This document shows, piece by piece, positions 39,095 to 49,539 of a DNA stretch of 64,000 bases (position 1 is the stretch's first letter; the number at the start of each line of letters is the position of its first letter). Location of the stretch: NCBI GenBank assembly GCA_945900015.1, contig CAMDJC010000004.1:8679-72678 (forward strand). Reading direction: 5' to 3'. The position numbers were made by a program, and so were the translations under genes. Under the pieces are notes generated by a model that saw only the letters and a program-made list of their open reading frames with translations, did no database searches and was not told the DNA's origin. This DNA comes from an uncultured Odoribacter sp. Its GTDB lineage: Bacteria; Bacteroidota; Bacteroidia; Bacteroidales; Marinifilaceae.

Positions 39095-40438
39095 CTAAAA
39101 TTTATTCATACAAGCTGCCTGTACTTTTATATTTCCCACAGCAGTAGCCTCTGCATCTCCACACACCACTTTAGCTCCAGTCAACTGCTCTGTAAGATGA
39201 TTCAACAAACGATTTCTTGAACCACCACCAACAATATAAATTGTATCAATCTTGCGACCTGCACATTTTTCCAACAGTCGTTTTACTTCTGCATATTTGT
39301 GTGCCAAAGAAAGCACGACACATCGTACAAATTCACCCTGTGTTTCAGGCACCTGCAAACCATGTTCCATACAATAAACACGGATAGCCTCCCCCATATT
39401 ATCCGGATTGTTAAAACAAGCATCATCCACATTCACCACTGAAGCAAAATCACATTGTTCAGCTTCATCAATCAATTCAGCATAAGTCCGTTTAACTCCA
39501 GACTCTTCCCATTCTTTCATTAGATTCTGCAACAACCACAAACCAGTAATATTACGTAAAAAGCGAATGCGTCCATCAACAGTTCCTTCATTTGTAAAAT
39601 CACTCTCCATGGCCTCTTCCGTCAGTATCGGTTTATCAACTTTAATACCCATCAATGACCAGGTACCAGAACTGATAAAAGCCCAATTGTCACCCGTAGC
39701 CTCAATCGATGCTACTGCACTTGCAGTATCATGAGAACCGACAGCCACGACTTTCACACCTTTACCTCCCACTTCAGCAACCACATCTTCAGATAATTCT
39801 CCAATCACACACCCTGCCGAAACAACTTTCTGCATCAGACGACGCGGTAATCCCAATACATCAAAAACCTCATCAGCCCAATCATGTTTCGTATGACTGA
39901 AAAGTTGTGATGTAGAAGCAATTGAAAATTCATTCAATGCCCTGCCTGTCAAAAAGTAATTAAATAAATCTGGTGTAAAAAGCAACTTGTCAGCAATTTG
40001 CAATATGGAATCGTTTGCAAGAGTCATACTATACAACTGAAACGCTGTATTTATCTCCATAAATTGATTCCCAGTCAAAGCATAAAACCTCTCTTTAGGA
40101 AGCACCTTAAATGCTTTTTCCAACATCCCCTCAGTACGTGCATCTCGATAACATACAGGATTAGATATCAAATGTCCTTGTTTATCTATCAATCCGAAAT
40201 CAACCCCCCAAGTATCTACACCGATACTTACAATATCATCATACTTACGGAAAGCTTTTCGCAAACCGTTTTTCAATTCCTCAAACAATGCCAGAAAATC
40301 CCAATACACAACACCCCCCAACCGAATTTGTCGATTTGGGAACCGGTGAATCTCTTCTAACTCTATTGAATCAGGGCGGACAGTCCCAACGATTACACGT
40401 CCACTGCCCGCACCAAAATCTGCTGCTATATATCTCAT
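39095..40438 (-). CDS. fucK: L-fuculokinase / rhamnulokinase family
   Basis: DFGAGSGR, DTWGVDF, SHDTASA, SSGTWSL, GGGSRN. Confidence 0.85.
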   Translation of the reverse strand: MRYIAADFGAGSGRVIVGTVRPDSIELEEIHRFPNRQIRLGGVVYWDFLALFEELKNGLRKAFRKYDDIVSIGVDTWGVDFGLIDKQGHLISNPVCYRDARTEGMLEKAFKVLPKERFYALTGNQFMEINTAFQLYSMTLANDSILQIADKLLFTPDLFNYFLTGRALNEFSIASTSQLFSHTKHDWADEVFDVLGLPRRLMQKVVSAGCVIGELSEDVVAEVGGKGVKVVAVGSHDTASAVASIEATGDNWAFISSGTWSLMGIKVDKPILTEEAMESDFTNEGTVDGRIRFLRNITGLWLLQNLMKEWEESGVKRTYAELIDEAEQCDFASVVNVDDACFNNPDNMGEAIRVYCMEHGLQVPETQGEFVRCVVLSLAHKYAEVKRLLEKCAGRKIDTIYIVGGGSRNRLLNHLTEQLTGAKVVCGDAEATAVGNIKVQAACMNKF

Positions 40439-40452
40439 AAGCGTTATCAGTA

Positions 40453-41091
40453 TTACTGCACCTTACCCAAAATATATTTATCTAAATCATCTATTTCATC
40501 TTGGGTCAAAGTTGTATAACTCATACCTGAACGCACAATAATCTCACAAGCCATTTCCAAAAATTCAGCCTTTTCAATTGCGTCATTAAAATCCTTACCA
40601 ACAAACACCTGTCCATGCTTCTCCAAAATCACAGAATCATGATTCCTCATAGCTTCCATTACAGCTTGTGCCAATTCAGGGGAACCTGGTCTAAAATAAG
40701 GCACCATTGCTATCTCACTACCACAGTGACAAGGCAATTCAGCCGTTACATTAAAATTTGTCGGTTTATTTTTCATACAAGCTACTGTTGTTGCAAATAT
40801 ACTTTGACAATGCAACACAACATTAACATCCGGTCTACTTCGCAATATTCCCAAATGGAAAGTACTTTCCATTGAAGGTTTCACACCATTTAAAGACACA
40901 CCGTCTGCAATTCGGCAAACAGCAATCTGCTCTTTACGCAACTCCGGCACCCAAGAACCAGTTCCTGAAACCAAAGCCACGTCACCAAGACGCCAAGACA
41001 AATTACCGCTACTGCAACGAGTCAATCTACGTTCTCCTACATTGTGAGCAGCTGCTAAAAACTGTTCTATCTGTTGTTCTGTAATTTCCAT
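40453..41091 (-). CDS. fucA: L-fuculose-1-phosphate aldolase (class II)
   Basis: SGNLS, PSME..FH, VVLHCQS, LEKHG. Confidence 0.88.
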   Translation of the reverse strand: MEITEQQIEQFLAAAHNVGERRLTRCSSGNLSWRLGDVALVSGTGSWVPELRKEQIAVCRIADGVSLNGVKPSMESTFHLGILRSRPDVNVVLHCQSIFATTVACMKNKPTNFNVTAELPCHCGSEIAMVPYFRPGSPELAQAVMEAMRNHDSVILEKHGQVFVGKDFNDAIEKAEFLEMACEIIVRSGMSYTTLTQDEIDDLDKYILGKVQ

Positions 41092-41155
41092 TATCTTTTA
41101 TATTTTAAGCAAATAGAGGGTTCCTTTCACAGACTCCCTCTATCTAACAATATTA

Positions 41156-42946
41156 TCATTTATAAAGAGCTCCATAGTTTTGACATGCTCTATAATCGGC
41201 ACCCTCTGGATCCATTCCAAACGCATTCCATGCACTTGGGCGGAAAATCTTATCCTGCGCTACATTATGCATACAAACAGGTATTCTCAACATAGAAGCC
41301 AATGTTATCAGATCCGCTCCGATATGTCCATAACTGATTGCACCGTGGTTAGCGCCCCAATTGTTCATTACAGAATAAACATCCTTGAAAGCTCCAACTC
41401 CTGTCAAACGAGGAGCAAACCAAGTAGTCGGCCATGTTTTATCTGTACGCTCATTCAAAATCTTATGAACTTCAGGATCTATCTCAACGGTATATCCCTC
41501 TGCCAATTGTAATACAGGTCCCAAACCTTTTACAATATTTACACGCATCATAGTAACAGGCATTCCTCCTTTAGATAAGAAATTAGAAGAAAAACCTCCT
41601 CCACGGAAATAATCTCGGTTAGCAGGATACCAAGTTGTAGCTTTCAGACATTTTTCAGTCTCTTCCTCGGTAATTTCCCAGAAAGGCTTCATTGCCGGTT
41701 CTCCATTACAGCTTTGTTCACCACTTCCATCCAAAGTTGCAGCACCAGAATTAATCAAATGGATAATACCATTAGCCGCCGCACCAGTCAATTTTTTACC
41801 GGTTACACGTTCTACAGCCGCAGGACTCCAATAGGTTCGCACATCAGCAAATATCTGAGCTGTATTTGACAACAATTTACCAAACAACATTGCAACCCCA
41901 TTCAACGAATCATTTTCTGTTGCAAAAGCAAATGGCTCACGAATACCATTCCAATCAAAAGAAGTATTCATGAAAGCTTCTGCAAAGTCACCATTAGGGA
42001 AATGATCTGTCCATTGACGCTGTCCTTGAAAACCTCCCAAAATAGCATTATGTCCCAAAGCCTCCTCTTTAAAGCCCAATTCTTTCAATTTTGCATTTCC
42101 ACACATCAAGTCTCTGAAAATCATAAACATCTTTACAACATACTCCCAATCAGCATCCAATTCCTGGCGGTTTTTACGTTTTTCAGGAATATTGAAATCC
42201 GTTCCCTCATTCACCTTGCAATATTTCACAACCCAAGCCAATGCTTTTGCATATTCTTCTTTATCATAAATACCTTCATCGATACGACGCACAATTTCAC
42301 TCATATCGACTTGCTCATTTCTCATTCCCAAATAAGTCTGGAAAAAATCCGCATCTACAATACTTCCAGCAATACCCATCGCTACATTACCGATAGAAAG
42401 ATAACTCTTGCCACGCATGGTTGCCACGGCAATACCAGCTCTTGCGAAACGCAATAATTTTTCTTTTACATCCTCCGGAATACTCTTATCATCAGCATCC
42501 TGCACGTCATGTCCATAAATACCAAAAGCAGGCATACCTTTCTGAGTGTGACCAGCTAAAGCAGCTGCCAAATACACAGCACCCGGACGTTCCGTTCCAT
42601 TAAAGCCCCAAATAGCCTGAGGCATACGCGAATCGTAGTCGATTGTCTCACTACCATAACACCAACACGGAGTCACAGAAATTACAACCCCAACACCTTC
42701 CTTACGGAATTTCTCAGCACAAGCAGCAGCTTCCGGCACACGACCAATTGTTGAGTCAGCAATTACACATTGTACAGCAGTACCATCACTGTATTTCAAT
42801 TCACTACTAATCAAATTGGCTACATTTTTAGCCATATCCATCGTTTGCATTTCCAACGACTCACGCACACCACCCTGACGACCATCAATAACAGGACGAA
42901 TACCTACTTTCGGATATTCTCCGATAAATCTTGCTTGCTTTGTCAT
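41156..42946 (-). CDS. fucI: L-fucose isomerase
   Basis: IGIRP-like [35 protein letters not shown]. Confidence 0.97.
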   Translation of the reverse strand: MTKQARFIGEYPKVGIRPVIDGRQGGVRESLEMQTMDMAKNVANLISSELKYSDGTAVQCVIADSTIGRVPEAAACAEKFRKEGVGVVISVTPCWCYGSETIDYDSRMPQAIWGFNGTERPGAVYLAAALAGHTQKGMPAFGIYGHDVQDADDKSIPEDVKEKLLRFARAGIAVATMRGKSYLSIGNVAMGIAGSIVDADFFQTYLGMRNEQVDMSEIVRRIDEGIYDKEEYAKALAWVVKYCKVNEGTDFNIPEKRKNRQELDADWEYVVKMFMIFRDLMCGNAKLKELGFKEEALGHNAILGGFQGQRQWTDHFPNGDFAEAFMNTSFDWNGIREPFAFATENDSLNGVAMLFGKLLSNTAQIFADVRTYWSPAAVERVTGKKLTGAAANGIIHLINSGAATLDGSGEQSCNGEPAMKPFWEITEEETEKCLKATTWYPANRDYFRGGGFSSNFLSKGGMPVTMMRVNIVKGLGPVLQLAEGYTVEIDPEVHKILNERTDKTWPTTWFAPRLTGVGAFKDVYSVMNNWGANHGAISYGHIGADLITLASMLRIPVCMHNVAQDKIFRPSAWNAFGMDPEGADYRACQNYGALYK

Positions 42947-43137
42947 AACATCTTGTTTTAATCAAAATATATCTTTTTTCTAAAGAAAAGGCATCTTTTC
43001 TATATCACCACAAATATAAAATTTTACAATGGAATACCACCTAGAAAAAATTTTTTTTAATCCATAATTCTTGCTAATTGAAAGATAACAACCTATATAA
43101 TTGAGAAGTTTTAGCTACCTTTGTAAAAAGTAAAATA

Positions 43138-44436
43138 ATGAGCAAAAAAATAATCAGCAACGCCCACATTATTACGATGAATGCCGGAATGGAAATTATC
43201 CCCAACGGCAGCATACTAATAGAAGGAGGACAAATTAAAGAAATAACATCCGGAACTCTATCCGATCCGGATGCTGAAATTACAGATGCACAAGGCATGT
43301 ACATACTGCCCGGATTTGTTAACACACACAACCATCTACCCATGACCATGCTGCGTGGTTATGCCGATGATTTACCGTTGCATACCTGGCTGACCGAACA
43401 CATTTTCCCTGCTGAAGCCCGGCTTGTCAACGAACAAAATGTACGTATTGCTACACGCTTGGCATTAGTTGAAATGATTAAATCAGGAACAACCTGCTTT
43501 AATGATATGTACTTCTTTGAGAATGCCATTGCAGAAGAAGCCCATAAGGCCGGCATGCGCGGAGTTGTCGGAGAATCGCTAATTGATTTCCCAACGCCGA
43601 GCTTTGGCGACCTAACAGCAGGCATCACGCTATCCGAGGAACTTATATACAATTGGGAAGGAGACCATTTAATACATCCCTCCATTTGTGCTCATGCTCC
43701 TTACACCTGCTCTGCCGAAACATTAAAGAAAGCCAAATATCTGGCCGACAAGCACAATACAATTTTGCAGATACATCTTTCTGAAACAAGTAAAGAAGTA
43801 GAAGACATTCAAGCCCGCACAAATATGCGACCGGCAGAATACCTATACTCTTTAGGATTACTGGACACAAACGTCATTGCCGCCCACTGCGTATGGCTCG
43901 ATCCAAAGGAGATGGAACTGCTGGCAAAAACAAAAACATCCATAGCCCATTGCCCAAAAAGCAACTTAAAACTATCCAGTGGAATAGCACCTATCGATTC
44001 CTGCCTGAAAGCAGGAATCACTGTAGGTATCGGAACAGACGGAACAGCCAGCAACAACTCCCTCGATATGGTTGAAGAAATGCGCTTTGCCGCTTTATTA
44101 GCCAAAGTCGTCGACTACAACCCGGAAGCCGTCAATGCGAAAACAGCTCTTCGCATGGCCACAATAGGAGGAGCTCAAGCTCTCGGTTTAGGAAATATTA
44201 CCGGCTCTTTGGAAATCAACAAAAGTGCAGACTTGATTCTCGTGCATGCAGACGCATCCAATATGCAACCGATATACGACGAATATTCCGCCATAGTATA
44301 TGCCATGAATAGCAAAAATATATATTCAACCATGGTACATGGCGAATGGCTGATGCAAGGCAGACAGCTCAAAACAATTGACAAAGATGCCGCAATAGAA
44401 GAAATAAAACAGTTGAAAACAAATAATTGTAAATAA
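43138..44436 (+). CDS. Amidohydrolase, MTA/SAH deaminase-like
   Basis: VNTHNH metal motif, HAPYTC, HLSET, AAHCVW, GTDG. Confidence 0.8.
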   Translation: MSKKIISNAHIITMNAGMEIIPNGSILIEGGQIKEITSGTLSDPDAEITDAQGMYILPGFVNTHNHLPMTMLRGYADDLPLHTWLTEHIFPAEARLVNEQNVRIATRLALVEMIKSGTTCFNDMYFFENAIAEEAHKAGMRGVVGESLIDFPTPSFGDLTAGITLSEELIYNWEGDHLIHPSICAHAPYTCSAETLKKAKYLADKHNTILQIHLSETSKEVEDIQARTNMRPAEYLYSLGLLDTNVIAAHCVWLDPKEMELLAKTKTSIAHCPKSNLKLSSGIAPIDSCLKAGITVGIGTDGTASNNSLDMVEEMRFAALLAKVVDYNPEAVNAKTALRMATIGGAQALGLGNITGSLEINKSADLILVHADASNMQPIYDEYSAIVYAMNSKNIYSTMVHGEWLMQGRQLKTIDKDAAIEEIKQLKTNNCK

Positions 44437-44438
44437 TC

Positions 44439-45299
44439 ATGGCAGAGAAAACACTTTACGGAGATTTCGAAGAAAAGTACACAAATTACGAAACAGCAGA
44501 AATCGCTATTTTACCGGTACCATATGATGGCACCAGCACTTGGATTAAAGGCGCAGATAAAGGTCCTCAAGCTTTACTGGAAGCCTCTTTCAACTTGGAA
44601 TTTTATGATATTGAGACAGACTCGGAAGTATTCAAAAAAGGTATTGCCACTTTAGATGCTGTGACTGAAAATTCATCACCGGAAGCCATGGCAGATGAAG
44701 TAGAACGTCGCATGAATACTATTTTGGATGACAAAAAATTCCCGGTTCTTCTTGGAGGCGAGCATTCTGTCAGCGTAGGAGCTTTCCGTGCCGTCGCAAA
44801 ACACTACGACAACTTCTCCATTCTTCAATTGGATGCCCATTCCGATATGCGTGACGAATATGAAGGATCTCCATACAACCATGCATGTGTCATGGCAAGA
44901 GGCAAAGACATCACCTCCAGCATCGTACAGGTTGGAATCCGAAGTTCAGCCATTGAAGAAAAACATAATATTGACCCGGAACGCATTTTCTATGCACACG
45001 AGATCAAAGAATTAGGTGATACAACTTGGATGTACGAAATATCACAAAAACTACTAGACAATGTTTACGTCACCATCGACCTGGATGTATTGGATCCGGC
45101 CTATATGCCTTCAACAGGAACTCCCGAACCGGATGGATTGAGCTATCGCGATGTAATGACCTTATTGAAGCTCATCAACGAACGCCATAACATTATCGGC
45201 TTGGATGTAGTTGAACTTTGTCCAAATGCAAGTAACAAGGCTCCGGATTTTCTGGCAGCAAAACTCATATACCAATTCTTAAGTTGTAGATTTAAATAA
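44439..45299 (+). CDS. speB: Agmatinase
   Basis: GGEHS, DAHSD, DLDVLDP, TGTPEPDG, DVVEL. Confidence 0.92.
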   Translation: MAEKTLYGDFEEKYTNYETAEIAILPVPYDGTSTWIKGADKGPQALLEASFNLEFYDIETDSEVFKKGIATLDAVTENSSPEAMADEVERRMNTILDDKKFPVLLGGEHSVSVGAFRAVAKHYDNFSILQLDAHSDMRDEYEGSPYNHACVMARGKDITSSIVQVGIRSSAIEEKHNIDPERIFYAHEIKELGDTTWMYEISQKLLDNVYVTIDLDVLDPAYMPSTGTPEPDGLSYRDVMTLLKLINERHNIIGLDVVELCPNASNKAPDFLAAKLIYQFLSCRFK

Positions 45300-45305
45300 C
45301 AAAAT

Positions 45306-45899
45306 ATGTTCACCGATTTACTTATTATAGTCACAGCCGCCGTTTCAATAGTATGCTTCAATAAATACCAGCTATTTGAACACCTATCCCTAAAACCTTA
45401 TCGCGTAGTCCAACATCAAGAATGGTGGCGCATAATCACCCATGGATTTGTACATGCCGACTGGATTCATTTATTGGTGAACATGTTTACATTTTGGTCA
45501 TTCGGCGGCTACATCGAAACCGCATTCGAATATTTAGGCTTTGGCAAATGGGCTTTTCTAACGCTTTATTTTGGCGGTATGATAGCAGCTTCCATTTCCG
45601 ACATCATACGCTACCGGAACGCTGAATGGTACACCTCCATCGGGGCTTCCGGAGCTGTATCTGCTGTACTTTTTGCCGCCATCTTTTTAAACCCTTGGGA
45701 TAAGATTCTGTTATTCGCCGTTATTCCCATTCCAGGAATACTGTTCGGTGTTTTATACTTAGCCTACTGCCAATATATGGCCCGTCAAGGTGGCGACAAC
45801 ATCAATCACAATGCCCATTTTTATGGAGCCGTATTCGGATTCGTATTTCCCATACTATTGGAACCGCGTCTATTCCAAATGTTTTTAAGCCACTTTTAA
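45306..45899 (+). CDS. Rhomboid family intramembrane protease
   Basis: WWR, HLLVNM, GASGA catalytic Ser, HNAHFYG. Confidence 0.92.
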   Translation: MFTDLLIIVTAAVSIVCFNKYQLFEHLSLKPYRVVQHQEWWRIITHGFVHADWIHLLVNMFTFWSFGGYIETAFEYLGFGKWAFLTLYFGGMIAASISDIIRYRNAEWYTSIGASGAVSAVLFAAIFLNPWDKILLFAVIPIPGILFGVLYLAYCQYMARQGGDNINHNAHFYGAVFGFVFPILLEPRLFQMFLSHF

Positions 45900-45901
45900 A
45901 T

Positions 45902-45948
45902 AAAATATGCCTGACATACAGGAATGCTCCTCATGTCAGGCATATTTT
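45902..45948. terminator. Bidirectional terminator rhomboid/speA
   Basis: AAAATATGCCTGACAT...ATGTCAGGCATATTTT. Confidence 0.85.
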
Positions 45949-45970
45949 CATTATAATAGCTTCGTTCTAC

Positions 45971-47860
45971 TTACTCTAAATAAGTATATCCATACAATCC
46001 TGAACGATAATTTGACAAGAACTCTCGCCCTTCCTCCGGAGAAATGATACCCTTCTTCACTGAAGACATCACCCAGACTTCTACGGTACGAGCCATACGT
46101 TTCGGAGTAAACTGTACATACTCCAATACATCAGCCACTGTTTCTCCTTCAATCACCTTATCTATGACATATTCGCCATTCTTCACTTTGATATGTACAG
46201 CATTGGTATCACCGAACAAATTATGCAAGTCTCCTAAAATTTCCTGATAAGCTCCGACAAGGAACACTCCGAAATAATAAGGCTCTTTATTATTCAACTC
46301 ATGCACCGGCAAATGATAGGAGAAATTACGCGTAGAGATAAAATTATTAATCTTACCATCCGAATCACAAGTAATATCTTGAATCGTTGCCGATTTTGTA
46401 GGCTGTTCATTCAAGCGTGACAATGGTATAATCGGGAAAATCTGATCTATAGCCCAAGAGTCAGGCAACGATTGAAACAAAGAGAAGTTGCAGAAATACT
46501 TGTCCGGCAACATTTTCGCAATTTTCTTCAGTTCATCCGGTGCATGTTTTGTCGCATCTGCCATCTCATATACTTCACGAGCTACCGACCAGAACAAGCG
46601 TTCGACCTGTGCTCTGGTATTCAAATCGATCAATCCCAAATTAAAAAGATTCAAGGCATCTTCACGACACTGCAAAGCATCGTGCCAAGTTTCCAACAAA
46701 CGCGGCTGATTCAGATTATCCCACAATTCATATAATTCCTTCACCAGTTCATGGGCATTTTCATCTATTTCCTCCGCTTCATCGAAAGCCGGAAGACTTG
46801 TACTTGCCAAAGCCTCAAATACTAATACAGAATGATGAGCTGTCAACGAACGTCCCGACTCTGTAATGATATTCGGTTGCGGAAGTTCATTTTTCTCACA
46901 CACATCAACAATGGCAGAAACAGCATCGTTCACATACTCTTGGATAGAATAGTTCATACTATTAGATGTAGCAGAACGTGTCCCGTCGTAATCTACCCCC
47001 AAGCCTCCACCAATATCGACAAAATTAATATTATAGCCCATCCGCTTCAGCTGCACGTAAAACTGAGAAGCCTCTTTCAATGCCGTTTTAATACGACGAA
47101 TATTTGTCACCTGACTGCCTATGTGGAAATGAATCAACTGCAGACAATCAGCCATCTTATTCTTCTCCAACAATTCCAAAGCATCCAACAGCTCACTGGA
47201 ATTTACACCGAATTTACTGACATCTCCACCGGATTCTTCCCATTTTCCGCTACCGGAGCTAGCCAATTTGATGCGAATGCCAATATTAGGGCGAACTCCC
47301 ATTTTCTTGGCAAGCCGGGCAATGGTCTTCAATTCCATCAATTTCTCTACGACCAAGTAGATACGTTTACCCATCTTCTGAGCCAATAGAGCCAATTCTA
47401 TATAACTTTCATCCTTATAACCATTACAAATGATCATTGCATCCTCATCAATGTCAATTGACAAAACGGCATGCAATTCCGGTTTCGAACCAGCCTCCAA
47501 TCCAATATTGAATTTATTGCCATGACTGACAATTTCCTCCACAACAGGACGCATTTGATTCACCTTTATCGGATAAATGATGAAATTCTTAGCTTTATAG
47601 CCATATTCCTGAGCAGCAGCCTCAAAACAATTGGATATTTTCTCAATCCGGTTATCCAAAATATCCGGGAATCTTAAAAGTACCGGAGCAGCCACATCAC
47701 GCACCTGCAACTCTTCCATCAATTCCTTTAAATCAATTGAAGGACCACCTACTTTAGGCGTCACTGCTACATGCCCTTTTTCATTAATAGAAAAATAACT
47801 CAGCCCCCAACCGTTGATATTATACAGTTCTGCTGAATCCTCAATACTCCATTTTCTCAT
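45971..47860 (-). CDS. speA: Biosynthetic arginine decarboxylase
   Basis: YPIKVNQ, EAGSKPEL, HFHIGSQ, DIGGGLGVDYDG, TCDSDG, HNLFGD. Confidence 0.97.
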   Translation of the reverse strand: MRKWSIEDSAELYNINGWGLSYFSINEKGHVAVTPKVGGPSIDLKELMEELQVRDVAAPVLLRFPDILDNRIEKISNCFEAAAQEYGYKAKNFIIYPIKVNQMRPVVEEIVSHGNKFNIGLEAGSKPELHAVLSIDIDEDAMIICNGYKDESYIELALLAQKMGKRIYLVVEKLMELKTIARLAKKMGVRPNIGIRIKLASSGSGKWEESGGDVSKFGVNSSELLDALELLEKNKMADCLQLIHFHIGSQVTNIRRIKTALKEASQFYVQLKRMGYNINFVDIGGGLGVDYDGTRSATSNSMNYSIQEYVNDAVSAIVDVCEKNELPQPNIITESGRSLTAHHSVLVFEALASTSLPAFDEAEEIDENAHELVKELYELWDNLNQPRLLETWHDALQCREDALNLFNLGLIDLNTRAQVERLFWSVAREVYEMADATKHAPDELKKIAKMLPDKYFCNFSLFQSLPDSWAIDQIFPIIPLSRLNEQPTKSATIQDITCDSDGKINNFISTRNFSYHLPVHELNNKEPYYFGVFLVGAYQEILGDLHNLFGDTNAVHIKVKNGEYVIDKVIEGETVADVLEYVQFTPKRMARTVEVWVMSSVKKGIISPEEGREFLSNYRSGLYGYTYLE

Positions 47861-47952
47861 TTCTACGTTTTGATAGCGATTATATAATGATTATAAACCT
47901 CTGCAAAACTAAGGTAATTAATTGACAATTAAAAGACATGACCGCCTTATGT

Positions 47953-49413
47953 TTACATTTTTTCTATACCCTCAATACCATTGCGCGACAAGATCAGACG
48001 AAAACGCTTGTAATCGACGTTTTCACTGCTTTTCAATTGCAGCAGATAATTAATATAATAAATACGCTCACCGTTAATGATTTCATAGCCTCCTTCCTCT
48101 TTAGGAACCGCCAACGGCACCTCCGGATTTTCCATTTTCAGTATGAAAGACGATACATTGAAACGCAGTATATCGTGAATTCCCGAAACATCATACTGAA
48201 TATTCTCATCCAACACTTGCCCGTCTATCCGGACAAGCGTACGATAAAGAATGATTTTTTCTGCCATCTGACGGTTATTGGCCTCTAAAATATCGGAACG
48301 GTCACGCATAGCCATCACCTCCTCAGGTACTCGGTCTTCTGTAATGAAATCGACACCTTCTTTTATCCACCCTATCGGTTTGTCCTTTATACTGATTGTT
48401 GTCTTATTGTCAAAATACTTTTTAGCAAGACGATGTACAAAATAATATCGGGTCAGCTCTTTGATTCTATCTTTCAACATATAACTCACCACCAAAGCAA
48501 TAAATAACGGTGTTGTGAAATTTCCATATTTCTGCTGAAAAGAAAACGATATCAAAGTTGCAAAAATCATTGAAATACCCGCAGCAATACTGAAATAAAG
48601 TTGTTCCACCATCGCCCCATCCTTCTTACGGTCGGCTTTTAAAAACAAATGACTTTCTGTATACAGACGCAGCATTCTTCGACGGAACAAAGCAGCCCGA
48701 TTACGATTGGGGCTATGCCTTTCCACAACCAGAAACCCTCGGGAACGACGATAAACCACCTCATCACGGACAATCTTCAACAAACGCTCTCCCACCAATC
48801 CAAAACACTCTTTATCTTTTTTCCGAAGCCTCTCCAACAACTTAAATGTATAGAAATCTACCTGATTAGACAAAAATTCATCACCAAAGCTATGAAAAAC
48901 CCGTATATCCTTCCCTGCACCGTCAACCGGTAGCAACTCACGCAAACTGCGATATTTTTTCAATATACCTTCCACCCGCAAAATATACGCTTCAATCACT
49001 TTCAAACGACTTGCAGTATCAGAATAACGCCATACGCGGTCAACCTCTCTTCGCAAAGCACTTTTAGTGATGGAACAAAACATCTTCACTTGATATTCCG
49101 CCTCCGCAAAGTTCTCCGCCGTAGCCTCAACGTTCAATTCATTAACAGCCACCTCCAAAAACTGAAACGGCAATGCCTCTTCATTCGCAACCTCCTTCAA
49201 AGAATATATAGGAGTAATCAAACGAATATTCGATTTTACATCACGATAAAACTGATTCTTTGTGTAAGTGTCGTAATTTATATCCAACGTATTCGGCACA
49301 AACATCCACGTATTAATCATAAAATCACTACGTGGTTTATCCTTCCTTACCACATAGCCAATCTTAAATTCCACAACAAAGCGGTCGTGAATGCGCACCT
49401 GGACATCTATCAT
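47953..49413 (-). CDS. Hypothetical protein with two central TM helices
   Basis: Long ORF, likely start MIDVQ at 49413; hydrophobic pair LYFSIAAGISMIFA / LFIALVVSYMLKD. Confidence 0.75.
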   Translation of the reverse strand: MIDVQVRIHDRFVVEFKIGYVVRKDKPRSDFMINTWMFVPNTLDINYDTYTKNQFYRDVKSNIRLITPIYSLKEVANEEALPFQFLEVAVNELNVEATAENFAEAEYQVKMFCSITKSALRREVDRVWRYSDTASRLKVIEAYILRVEGILKKYRSLRELLPVDGAGKDIRVFHSFGDEFLSNQVDFYTFKLLERLRKKDKECFGLVGERLLKIVRDEVVYRRSRGFLVVERHSPNRNRAALFRRRMLRLYTESHLFLKADRKKDGAMVEQLYFSIAAGISMIFATLISFSFQQKYGNFTTPLFIALVVSYMLKDRIKELTRYYFVHRLAKKYFDNKTTISIKDKPIGWIKEGVDFITEDRVPEEVMAMRDRSDILEANNRQMAEKIILYRTLVRIDGQVLDENIQYDVSGIHDILRFNVSSFILKMENPEVPLAVPKEEGGYEIINGERIYYINYLLQLKSSENVDYKRFRLILSRNGIEGIEKM

Positions 49414-49539
49414 AACGGCGATATTGTAAATAATAAAATTCATATATCAATAACCATACCTTAATATTCATATTCCAACATGTTTTTATCACCAAAATTT
49501 ATCAATAAATTTGTACAGAATTTATAAGGCAAATAATCC

